Shown piece after piece: positions 12,380 to 24,403 of a stretch of 64,000 nt of DNA. Positions within the stretch are counted from its first letter, which is position 1; each line of letters starts with the position of its first letter. Origin of the DNA: Schmidtea polychroa. Its lineage: Eukaryota. The notes under the pieces are model-generated. The model had not been told where the DNA came from, did not search any database, and worked only from the letters and a program-made list of their open reading frames with translations. The position numbers and the translations under genes are program-made. The DNA lies in assembly GCA_044892525.1 (NCBI GenBank), contig CM097887.1:55428001-55492000 (forward strand). The letters run 5' to 3'.

Positions 12380-14010
12380 TGGCGACCACACCGAGAAAAT
12401 CGAGCTGATTCAAGCAGTGACAAGAAATCAGCATAGAATGATGGTTATGGAATCTTTACCTAAACAGGCAAAAGACATTTTAAATTTTAATATCAGAAGA
12501 TTCGAGGGCCGAAGCACGATAGAAGCAGAAAAATGGCTCAAGGATATTAAAGATTGGATGATCTTTAATGATCTAAATTTAGTAAGTATTTTGATTAGTT
12601 ATTGTCTGAAGAGGCATCTATTCTCTGGAAAGAAATTAAAGACATCCCCACAACAAATGAAAAAGCTCGTGAATGGCTTAATGACACATTTACAAAAAAG
12701 AAGTTCATTATGGACAAGATTTGTGACTTATCATCAGTGAAACAAAATCATGATGAAAGATTCGTTACATTCGAGATACGAGTAAAGAAACTCGTTGATG
12801 AGGTTTTCGACTGTGGAATTTCAAAAGAGAATATTGTTGAAATGATTTTGTGCAACAGAGTTCGAAACGATCGACTATTTATCCTTGATACGGATTCTAG
12901 TTTTGGAGCCATAGTTGCAGTTTTATCTCAGATTAAAGAAGACGGTACTGAAGGAGTGATAGCATATGGTTCAAGACATTTGACAACACATGAAATGGGA
13001 TATTGTGTTACTAGAAAAGAGTTGTTGGCACTCCACGAGTTTATTGTACATTTCAGACAATAATTATAAGGAAGAAGATTTGTAGCCAGAACAGATCACA
13101 AGGCATTGGTGTTTATGAACACGACAAAGAAATCAATAAGCCCACAGTTTCAAACATGGATGGAAAATTTATCTGAATGCGATTTTGAGTTACAATATAG
13201 AAAGGGAGAATAACATGGAAATGCAGATGATATGTCTCGTTTAACCCTTAAATGCATGATTTTTCCAAAGTGCGTATTCGAAAATGCTGCGCCAAGCTGT
13301 CAAATTTTGACAATTGAAAAAGTTAACTGCCATATTGTGACAGCTTGCGTTCAGAAACTAATAATATCAAAATAAAAGCAAAAAATACTGTGTTTGAGTT
13401 ACCGTTTAGAAATTATTTAAGGACAAATACACTGATGTATAAATACATCATCATGCATTTAAGGGTTAAATAATACGATATGCGCTCATTGTCAGATGAA
13501 ACACAAGAACGCCAAAGAAACAAAGTGCAGAACTCGGTACATAAATAGTCTACAAGGAAGTTCAAACATTATGGAAATTATTTAACGGAAGCAAAACGAA
13601 GACAAAATTATTTCAGAAATCATATCACATCTTAATGGAAATGAGGCTCATATATCTTATGAAGCAATCAGTAGTAATATTTTCAAGTATTTAAAAATAT
13701 TACAGATACAAGACGACGTATTGATGATTAATACAGATGGAAAAATTGCAGTTGTACCTGAACGCAATAGTACCTGACGCATACGTGAAAACATTGGTAA
13801 ATTATTTTCATATTGAATTATGCCATCTGGACATTTAGAAGACCTTATGTTATTTAAAAGATTTTTTCTTTCGACCATCCATGAATTAAAGTATTACGGA
13901 ATGTATTAATAAATGCAAGATCTGTGCTAGTAGAAAAATTGATCAAAGAAGAACAAAGGAAATCCGATTGCCAAGAATAGGAGAATGGTTTTTAGAACAG
14001 ATATCAATAC
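12380..14010 (+). mobile_element. Ty3/gypsy LTR retrotransposon remnant (PBS, gag, RNase H, integrase zinc finger)
   Basis: PBS-like TGGCGACC at 12380; gag FEGRSTIEAEKWLKDI; RNase H FILDTDSSFGAIVAVLSQ...IAYGSR...KELLAL...TDHKAL...GNADDMSR; integrase H-H-C-C (HIELCH...CKIC). Stops and frameshifts; protease, RT and integrase core are absent. Confidence 0.9.
13245..13465. mobile_element. piggyBac-type MITE, 221 bp
   Basis: 16-bp perfect TIR CCCTTAAATGCATGAT, with TTAA at 13241-13244 and 13466-13469. Confidence 0.92.
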
Positions 14011-14769
14011 TATTTAGATATGACGAAATTAAGAAAGACGGATACGGAGGTCGGCACTTCATCTGCCGATCTCAACCACAAGACGACCTTGGTCCGGAAT
14101 GAAATCCAGGTCAACCTCGGGAACACCGAAGACTCATCCATCACTCAACTGCGTTCCAGATGGATCTGGTACCGGATCCATGAGTGGATTTATGAAGACA
14201 CGGTACCGGTACCGTCAAAAATCTCTATAGAGAATTATCGCTTTCTTCACCACGAATTGTGAGCACAAATATAAAGGAAATCACGAGCTACCAATCTGAC
14301 CGCACTGATTTAAATAATAATTCATTTCCAAGAATATAATCAAAGTTGTTTGTTAATGTGTTATTTGGTTTTGATTATTTCAATTCACACAGCTCTGTTA
14401 AATAAGCGATGGAAAAATTAGGAAATCATTTTCTCGATTGAAAAACTAGGTCGGACGTGTGGTGGGGGTCTTTTAATACTGGATTGCCGTTCCACTATCA
14501 AACAAATTTAAACAAATGGAGATTTGATGTTCAATGCAGCAGTTTTTGTAAATAAATTGGACCAACGAAATAATGTCATATGATAACAATACGATCAGAA
14601 AATTTATGAAGTCAATAGCAAATGAAGTTTAGATACCATGATAAGGTGAAAGAATAGTGCTGACAATGAGTTGAAAAGAGTAGTCTTTATCTAAATGGAT
14701 TGATAAAGGTTAGAAAAAATGGTAGTAAAATCCAAGTAATACTTTGATCAAATTTAGAATATAATAAGT

Positions 14770-15300
14770 GGTGATAGTATTCGACATCGCGGGAATATAT
14801 TTGCAAGTTAGAATTCCAAGAGCAGACCAACCACATCACTGATTCTAATGGCTGAATTTTAAACAAATTACTAAATCAATTTCAGCTACTTGTCTTCAAA
14901 ATGAATACATCCCAATAAAAAGTTGAAATAATATGAAAGCAATGATAGTTATTTTGAAATCCGTCTACATGGATGACACCATGACATCATTGCAAATAAA
15001 TGTGGAAGCTTACAAAGTGGAAAAAGAAGAGAATGGCATTAGGCAATGACTGGAAATAATGTGCTCAATTAATGTCTCATTTAAAAGAGAGTTACAAGAA
15101 CATCCTATCAGCAAACCGAAACAAAGCTTAGGGTTTAAAAGTTAAAATGCAATTTATGTGTAAAGTAAAATTTAGGAAATGATAAATTGGAGATCCACAC
15201 ATTTTCTAAAATTTTAACGAAGCTTGTTGAGCTTTTGCTTACTATTAAGAGGAAAGTTTAGGAGAAATGAAAATAGGTGGGATTGCCAAAGTGCGTATAA
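14770..15300 (+). mobile_element. BEL/Pao reverse transcriptase remnant
   Basis: VFDIAGIYLQVRI..D...H*F*W matches the Pao DIA.MYLQV...D....RFLW motif; KSVYMDDTMTS with YMDD at 14966-14977. Confidence 0.7.
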
Positions 15301-15519
15301 AGAATTGTGGCCAAAAACAGAAATAGACAATGGCAGACGGAATGGAAAAATAAGAAAGCAAACTACATGTTTAGCCAATACTAAGCATCAACGACATTAA
15401 AATATAAAGTTAATGTGTTCGATTCAGAAATATATTCATGTTAAAGATTATTTAAAATTAGTAAAACATGAGTTTGCAGGTTCACTAAAATACTTGTAGT
15501 TAACCAATTATAGTAATTG

Positions 15520-15987
15520 AAATCTGAGAAAATAATCTTTCTATGGAAATTAACACTGTTTTCGTTGACTATCCAAGAACAGAATTCAACCCTTCTATCT
15601 GGATCATCTTCTCCCAATGCTTGATTAAAAAAATATTTGAAAGGTTTTATTTTTTCTTCTTAATCTGTGAACAGAAGTTTGTGAAGTCATACACACCCGT
15701 GCTGATTCTCGTTGATTTGTGCCATAATTCTCTTTTACAAAATTTACTACCTTTTCCTTCATGATTTCATCATACGGTCTTCCTCATTGAAATCTAGTGG
15801 ATTAGTTTCCAGTTTCTTCAAACTTCTATGTCCAGTATTGCACTGTTGTCCTAGCTGGTGGTGCACGATTAAAATGTTGTTGAAATTATTGGCGAGCTTT
15901 GGCTCTACTTTGTTACACTATTTCATGGTTAACTAAAAACACTCTATCCGCAAGTGAATATTTGGCATCACCAGCTGCATACATCAT
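15520..15987 (-). mobile_element. Tc1/mariner (DUF4817 HTH-type) transposase, 5' half, inactivated
   Basis: Near-continuous frame: ...FQQHFNRAPPARTTVQYWT*KFEETGN...GRP...QALGEDDPDRRVEFCSW...KIIFSD, with five in-frame stops and truncation at the first catalytic Asp. Confidence 0.8.
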
Positions 15988-16662
15988 ATTGTTAATCAAT
16001 GAGTATAAATATGTGAGTATAAATTATATTGTATTTTGTTGTTTTATTTTAGTTTAGGAGACGAAGACTTGTGAATATCACGGTATATTGAAAATTCAGA
16101 ATTTTAATCCTTTTTGCGCCTTAAGCTTGTTAATACACTCCTCTTGTCGATCTACATCAGGCAGACTATTTGACTTTGTATTCGTTTTACTTGTTAAGGC
16201 CGAGTGTTTTGTGTGACATCTCGATCTTGAGTTGATGAAAAAATATTAGTTCTGGATAATTAATTTGTGACGTTAAGATTAATATAAAAAGTTTTGAAAG
16301 TGATAACCTGTTTTAAATTTTCAGAAATAAATAATATAATACAATAAATACATTTCATATTCGACTTCATTTGATCATTTATACTTTCATTTCAGTCATT
16401 TGTATTATAATTCAACTAAACTATAATTATAAACACATTATATATGATATTATATGAAAACACTTAATTGGAATATTAATATTATTTAATTTAATAATAA
16501 ATGCAAAGATCATACTAATAAATGAGTAAAAGTAAATTTTCAGAATACTCAATCAAGTTTTCTTCTATAACATCTTGTTTTAATTTATAATTTTTTTAAA
16601 CTTAGCTTATTGTAATGTAAGTAATTTATTAATTATTAATAAATACTTTTATTATATTCAGT

Positions 16663-17783
16663 ATGTCGAACTTTTCACAAATTTCTAAAAGTGCTACTGA
16701 TTCGTCAAAAATTTCTAAAGTTGTCGTTCATCCTTTAGTCTTACTAAGTGTTGTTGATCACTATAATAGACTTAGTAAGGCGTCGGGTAGTAAAAGAGTA
16801 GTCGGTGTCTTATTAGGCTATATGAGAAAAGATGTCTTAGAAATAACTAATAGTTATGCCGGTAAAAAAATAATAGAAATTAAAATTTTTATAGTAGTAA
16901 TTTAGTTCCATTTGAAGAAGACTTAGGTGACAAAAATGTATGGTTTTTAGATCATGATTATCTAGAAAGCATGTTTTCTATGTTTAAAAAAGTTAATGGT
17001 AATAGATTTTTGAATTTAATGTATTTTTAATTCATAAGTTTAGCCAAAGAAAAAATTGTTGGTTGGTATCACTCTGGGCCTAAATTGAAGCAGAATGATA
17101 TTAAAATTAACGAATTATTCCGTAGATATAATCATTGTTCTGTAATGGTAATAGTTGATGTTGAACCTAAAGAGAGTGATGGGTTACCAACTGAAGCTTA
17201 TTTAGCAATTGATGAAGTTCATGATGTAACATATTTTAAGGATATATTATTTTTAAATAAATTTTTCAAGGATGGAACGTTGACTACTAAAACTTTTAAA
17301 CATATTCCTTCAGAGATAGGCGCTGAAGAAGCAGAAGAAGTTGGCGTAGAACATTTATTAAGGTAGTTTTAGATTAATAAATAATTATCTAAAGTTTAAT
17401 GCAGAGATATAAAAGATTCATCAATTGGTAGTTTATCGCAAAGAATTAAAAACCAATTAATGGGATTAGAAGGTTTGAAAGCTCATTTAAATGAAATTTA
17501 TGACTATTTATCATTGGTTATGACTAAAAATATTCCAATAAACTATTCCATTCTGTACCATCTGCAGGATATTTTTAATTTGTTACCCGACGTATTTCTC
17601 GATGACATGATTAAATCGCAATATATTAAAACCAATGACCAAATGCTTGTTCTTTACATGGCATCCATGATTCGATCGATTTTAGCTCTCCACGATTTGA
17701 TAACTAATAAATTAACGAACCGAGAAAAAGAAAATACCGAAGAAATGGACAAGAAAATCGATCATTCTGTCCAAGTCAAATGA
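16663..17783 (+). CDS. PSMD7: 26S proteasome non-ATPase regulatory subunit 7 (Rpn8, MPN domain)
   Basis: Exons 16663-16861, 16906-16998, 17044-17225, 17271-17362, 17405-17783 (945 nt, 314 aa); GT-AG introns of 44, 45, 45 and 42 nt. Motifs [21 protein letters not shown]...[48 protein letters not shown]. Confidence 0.97.
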
Positions 17784-19367
17784 ATATTGAGTTATTAATA
17801 TATATATTTTGTTGCTTCTTATTTATTATTTTAAAATTTGTCAACTTATTGATATTTATTTTCTTATTTCATATATTGTGAGTCATAACTACAAATTATT
17901 TGTAAAGTTAATTGTTAAGATCATTTAATTTTAAATTATTTCATATATATTATCAATAATTTTTCTTGGACTTCAATGTCTGTCAAAATCTTTTTTCCGA
18001 ATGATTTTCTAACTAAAACTTGGGTTACGTTATGAATCTGGACTTGACTATTGGTGGGGAATTTTTGAAAAGGTGAATTTAACATATATATTACGGTTAT
18101 AAATTTTGTAATGTTTTCTACCCAATTTATGTTTTAACACTAATGTGCCGGTACCAATGAGCCAAAAATTTTAAACAGGATTTTTTTCCGGCTAAATGTG
18201 ACACTGTCAAAATATTACCACAAGCTACCATTTAAAATAAATTAAAAAGAATTAATTGAATTACGAACTTATTTCCAGGGTAGAGAAAAAACTAGTGTTT
18301 AAAAAATAAATGATTTTATGGAAAAAGATCTAAATGCAAAATTAAAATAATTAATTTAAAATTTATTTGCACATCAGTCATCATGAAATAGAGAAAATTG
18401 AATTTTTGACGGACGAACTTAAGATGACAAGCAAAAGAATAGTAGAGATTATTTTTTCATTGAGAAAACCCGTGCAAGACCATCGTGGCCAACGCTTAAT
18501 GTATAAGCATTTGAATTTTATATAAAATTTGTTTTTTTTGGAAGAAAGCATAAATATTACTTAATTTTGATGGAAGGAAATAATGTCAATGAGTGTAATA
18601 TAAGATGTCGGTACGATTCATGAATAATTTTTTTTGCTGAAGTAACTTTAGTTATTTGAAGATTTTAAGTGAAATTTGTGCTGTTGAATATGTCTACTTT
18701 TAAAAAAATCGAAAATTGCCTTAATTTTTGTGTTGAGGTATCAATTTTATTTAAAAACCTAACGGTACACTGGTGATTCTTAAATAAATAACAAAATCGG
18801 AAGATTTAAAATATATTTTAAATAACACAATAATTACCAAAATAATTTTCTTTAAAAAATCAGTTTACTCAACAAGACCCAATTCTTTGACGTTCAATTA
18901 AATCCAAATTTGTACTTGCTGTGTTATCGTTAAATGTTGTATAGTGAATGTTATGTTTATTAGTGCTATTTTAGAAATACTTTGGAACTTTTCTGTCTGT
19001 TCCGTAGTTTAGAGCATTTAGAAGATTACTTTTATAAAGCAAGAATACTAATTTATATATCTATATTCTGCAGCTGCTCCTATTAAAAATAAATCATTAT
19101 AACATAAATAAATCACAACCCGTATACCACATTAGATATGGTCGATCCGAATGCGAGGATTTATATCCAGACCGATAGAGACATGATAAACCACCAAATG
19201 AAATAAATAAACAAAAGACGATTTTTAGAGAAAACCGAATCACCTGGTAGTGATGTGTTTGAATACAAGTCCAAAACTATATGCTAATTCGCTGAATTAC
19301 TCTCATTTTGAGTCCTGGGGTCCATCGTGATTTTTGAGTTGTCATTCAGTTATAAAATATTTAGGTT

Positions 19368-20075
19368 ATGTCCACTTCAGCCAGTCATCGATGCAATCTC
19401 AAGCCAGGTTTTTCCTGTGCCGACACAAATGCGCAGATCCAAAAGCACCTCGAAGAAATCCGATTATTGCGGTTAAAAACAGACCACTTAGAAGGAACGT
19501 GGTTCAATCCAGCACAAATGAAAGAAGCAAACAAGAATCTTTTGCGACTCGAACACTGTTGAGAATCTTCTGGAGGAGATTCGAGTGCAGCGGATACTTA
19601 TCAAGGAGCAATTTTAGAGTCTGAACCAATTATACACGAGTACGGAACTCAAGTTAAGGATTAAAGAATTAAAGACTTAACGAATGCCTATCTAGCTAAT
19701 CATTTGGTGGTAGAGTCAGTAACTCACGAATCCGATTGCGCAGGATGCGTGTCGTCAGCTACACCAACTGTCGTAACTATCAATAAGGATGCCGGATCAG
19801 CCACGACTCCTCAAATTTCTAACAATGTGGTGCCTCAGTCTTCCACAGCACGTCCCAAACGCAACCAATTATCACGGGCAGAACGCACCCGTCGGAAAAT
19901 GATCCGGCAGGCGGAACCCGAAACAAAAATCTCGATTTCTACCTCTGTTGAGTCTGTAATTCGCTTAATCCCTCCAGTGGATCTACACTGGGAGGCAACT
20001 GTTAACATAGATTTTGAATTAGATGATCTACTTGCCGATGCCAAGGCCGCTTCCTTATGGGCCGATTCGATGTGA
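19368..20075 (+). pseudogene. Unidentified single-frame ORF of about 235 codons with two internal stops
   Basis: ORFs 19368..19562 and 19704..20075 share one frame (offset 336 nt), separated only by a TGA and a TAA; GC-richer than the flanks; AATAAA about 100 nt downstream. Confidence 0.4.
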
Positions 20076-21591
20076 TTCCAACAAGAATTTCATATTAACT
20101 AATTCCGAACCTTGTGAGTTATTTTGTTTTCTCCATTAGATTGTCTTGTACTTGATTGTTTGATATCTTTTCTGGTAATAAATGTCTTGTAAGTTGTTAA
20201 ATTTCATTGTTTCGGTTGAGTAAATGAAACCTCTACGGAAAAAGATAATAGAATGATGTAGTGATCCATCGTGTTCCAAAGTAGTTCGATTCTGATATGG
20301 TAGAAGTAAGACCTTCCAACGGCAGTCCAGGATCCGAACAAGAAATACATGAGGGAGTAGTGCTTATACATGTGCTCACCTGCCTCATGTTCTCTAATGA
20401 CTTTTTACAGAACCAACGTGAAAGATCCTCACGGGTGCTTAGTCGTGAAGTAATAGTCACGTAGCTAGTTGGGGAAATTTGGCCCTTGTGCTCGCTTGAT
20501 AATGAAGACTATACTCTTGTTAGATGTATGAATTAGTTTGTTTAAATCTGCGGGATCCTTTCACCCCACTCACCCAACAATATTATCTATCCTTGTGCTT
20601 AAATTTTAAAATAACAAAATAAAATATAATTTGTACAGCTAAATAAAATGTCAAATACATAGATAATAAAAAATAAAAATATGGAATGAGTAATTGTTAT
20701 ATACATTTTTATAATTTACATAATTTCTACTAATTTTATCTTAATTTTTATTATTTTATCAGTTCTACTGGAATTTCTTTAGTTTCAATTTTTAAATGTA
20801 TTTATTTCTTTATTTTACTTTATTTAATTTTTAAATAAATCTTTTCTGTTCCTTTTCTTAACGTTGCCATAGTTTCATTGTCATAGCTCCTTTGCATGGA
20901 ATTGCGAGCCATAACATCCCTAATTAATTCGATAATGGCCTTTCGTATGTAAATATGACCAATAATCCTTCTTAAAATTTCTTTTCATATTATTAATTAA
21001 TTTTTTATCAATTATTATTTTATTTATATTATTCTTTTATTTTTCTATTAGGCAGATTTCCAGCATGCGTTATTTTTCTCTTAACTGTGATTGTGATTGC
21101 AACTTCTTGCGTTTCTTGAATTTATTATACGTGTTTTATTTATTCTCAATGTGTTGTGTACTTTATTTTGTAATATTTGGTGTATGATCATAGATTTTAA
21201 TTCAACTTGGTGCTGTTTTTATTTATATGTATTTCCGATCCATTAAAACAAACTCTCAATTCTCGGTTCTAGCCCAGCAATTTTTTCGTTTTGATTAACA
21301 CATTTTATAAAATTAAAATTCCTATTTAAGTTTGTGGATTCGGAGTTGGAGTCGTATGTTCTTTTGCAGACTTAGCAACTCTGCTTCGTACTTGTTTCAA
21401 TTACTCATAAAAATAGTATCCATTTATAATTTCTTGAGTAATGTTATGTAATAATTAATTCTTTTTTAATTGAAATTTTTATCTAAAGTAATAATGTGAT
21501 ATTTATTAAATATAATAAAAAGTAAAATTCAAATTATAAATTCAGAAGAGAAAAAATGAAATTGTTTGTATAATATTATAATTTATTTAAA

Positions 21592-22686
21592 ATGTATAAT
21601 TCGAAATTTTCAAGTTTCGGAAATGTTGTTGTTTGTGATCCCCAGAAACACTTATTGTATAATTTCACCGTGTATAAAGTTATTTATCAAGTTATAATTT
21701 TTATATATTTATATTTATTACACAAATTTTTTGCAGAGTTATGATGAATGCGGCAAATACGAAGTACATTAGATATTTTAAATATTTTAAAAATTGTATC
21801 AGATAGTAGTATTTAAGAGATTCAGCGAATTCATAAAGCTTAATAAATCAATGGAAAAAGTTTATTCATATTTATACGATTCTAAGTGTCCCCAGTTTTT
21901 TGTCACATCCGATTACCTTAGTATTTTATTTTTTATGAATAATTGAAAGATTTAATAATAATTTAGAGAGATTTGAAAAAAATACAATTGAACATAGACG
22001 AGAATTGGCTGAGAAATTTCTAAAGTTTATTTGCAATGACTCACAACTTCACCAAAACGACGAATTTATATTATTTCTAAAATCAGGTATACGGACATAT
22101 TTAAGTAATTTTATTAAAAAGTTTTAATCATGATAATATGTAATTAGAAAACGAAAACTCGTGTCCTATTTTAAGCACTGAGTTAAAAATGCACCATCAA
22201 GATTTGCAAAGTGAAGATCATTCTAGATTTGATTACATTTATCCAATAGATAACAAACTAACAAAGAATTTACATATAGCTGATTATGATAATTTTCAAA
22301 AGTCAGTAAATTTTATTACAGATGCTATTCAATTTGAAAGTTCTATCGATTGGCCAAATTCCATCAATAAATATATCGAATGTATTGAAACTTTGCTGGA
22401 TTTGAAGAAAGCTTATCAAAACCTAGAAATTATTCATTATGTCAACCACCAACTTCAAATGTGTTATAAGAAGGCCGAATTATTGCTGTATTCCTACATT
22501 ATGTATCATGAAGGCATTCCGAATAAAAACATTTCCGAATTGATGTTTGCGGATTCATCAACCAATCTATTGGTAAGTTTTTTAAAATTATTTTATAGAT
22601 ATTAGCATATAGAGAGAGATTTTATTATTAAAATTTAATATTAGCAGTCACTAGAGGACCATGCCAACATTGGTTACAGCGGGTAG
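21592..22686 (+). CDS. SNX15: PX + MIT domain protein (sorting nexin 15 / RPS6KC1 family)
   Basis: Exons 21592-21690, 21737-21763, 21803-21920, 21967-22086, 22148-22572, 22645-22686; introns of 46, 39, 46, 61 and 72 nt. PX: VCDPQKH...TVYKV...IVVFKRFSEFIKL...RFEKNTIEHRRELAEKFLKF. MIT: FQKSVNFITDAIQFE...Y..C...CYKKAELL. The last exon is the least certain. Confidence 0.8.
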
Positions 22687-23399
22687 TTAGTGGTAAATAA
22701 CATTATGAGGTATTGCGATAGAGAATAGTACATGAAATCGATTGTTTAGGATCTCAATGGAAAGTGAGAGTTAGTGTGTAGAGGTGTGGTCACGGCTGAT
22801 GAAGTAGGCGCTGGCTGCATTCAGAACTAATCCTACTCATCTCGTTTCGGTTCTAAGCTAGTTTTAGAAAGATTTACAATAACTATGTGCCTAGTCTCGT
22901 TGTTATGTATTACCTTAGATATAGTGCATTGAGATAATAAATTGTCATGATGATTGTAGGTTTGGAAATTCGTTGGACCCAACCGAGTCAGTCGCCTGTG
23001 AAAAGATCTGTCTCGGGACAGTTGGGGTGCTTGTGTGTGTTATGATAAATAAATTACACAAAAAACTATTAAATTGAATTACAACTTTTATTAGAACAAA
23101 AAATAATAATAATACGCACTTTATTACCAACGTCCTGTTGAATTGCTTAGTTATTTATACCTTTGTATTTCAATTCTTCGAGGCAATTTCAATATATAGT
23201 TATAAGAGTTAAGATTATTGGATTCTCCAAAGATTTCCGAACTCCAAAATTCAATTGGCTAGTTATGAATTTGGATTTTTTATCTTTTTAATTTACCAAC
23301 TATTCTTCAAAAACATATTTAGGAACTGAACGGATACAATTTTGGATTGTTTGCTTTCTTTTAATACTTACAAGTTTGGATATAATTAATTATACTATT

Positions 23400-24403
23400 T
23401 AGGCTTGCCAACTTTTGATTCGACCAAAAGCGTATTCAAATTTCTTTTAACCATATAGTAACAAAAATGACAAATAATTGCAATAAATAAAAATTGAGAT
23501 AAAATAACAAAACTCTTTTATTATAAAAAAAACAAACAAATATTTTTTATAAATAATCATACCAAAATACTGAAATAATTTTTAATTTTTAGTTTTAAAT
23601 TTATATTTTTTCGTGGATTTAGCTGCCTCGATTAATTTTTTATTTAAATCTGTGTTTTTTTTTATAAAAGTAGCAAATTCACTGCACGTCATCCCAAAAT
23701 TGAAATTGATTAATAATTCTGCTTTGACCATATCTGTTTGGAGTCTATTTCGCTGGTTTGTCCAAATATTTCCCATTACGCTAAATTTACGTTCAATGTA
23801 ACAATTGTTTGGTGGAACAGCAAATACATATTTGCAGAGTTTAAGCAACATTGAAGAATCTTTGTTAATTTTAAAATATTGTATCCATTTTTCAACGCAA
23901 GTACCAGTTAATAATGGAATAGTTTCATTTAAAATTCGCACTTCAGAAAAAAGTTTATCGCCATCAAATTCTACTCCGAACAGAGTTGCTACTTTGGATA
24001 CTTGTTCCAGTGATAGTTGTTCATCCAAGTTGAATGAACTACAAATATTAAGAAAGGAATCTGTGCTAAAATCGAACCATTTACTTAAATATGTTAGCAT
24101 TCTATTGTAAATTTCTACTCCTTCTGTATTTAGTTTATTCCTTTCTGATGTGCTTAAGTGTCGTATATTTTGGTGAACTTTAAATCCAAAAAACAGCTTG
24201 TCTCTACGACAGATTAATTCCATTCTTAAATCATCGAAAATAAAAACCAAAAATTGACGTCAATTTGACGATATTTTTATCCCAGCAAGCTAAAAGCGCA
24301 TTTTTTCGTATATCTATGAAAAGCGTGCGTATAACGTATACATGTTTGTTTTTTGCACGAAAAGCGTAGGTTACTCTTCAAAAGCGTACAGTTGGCAACC
24401 CTA
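23400..24403 (-). mobile_element. Internally deleted hAT element, 1004 bp
   Basis: TIR TAGG(C/G)TTGCCAAC at both ends; exact 8-bp TSD ATACTATT (23392-23399, 24404-24411); subterminal AAAAGCG(T/C)A repeats; ORF 23582..24250 encodes the hAT C-terminal dimerization region (FAVPPNNCYIERKFSVMGNIWTNQRNRL). Confidence 0.95.

Noticed and set aside
20489-20500. U6 snRNA-like start GTGCTCGCTT
   Set aside because: Only 10 nt match; no ACAGAGA box or remaining U6 sequence.
22795-22850. Hammerhead candidate (CTGATGA followed by an AGTAGG/CCTACT stem)
   Set aside because: No GAAA follows stem II. Other CTGATGA sites (3607, 26115, 48513, 59707) and CTAATGAG...GAAA near 62936 also lack the full core.
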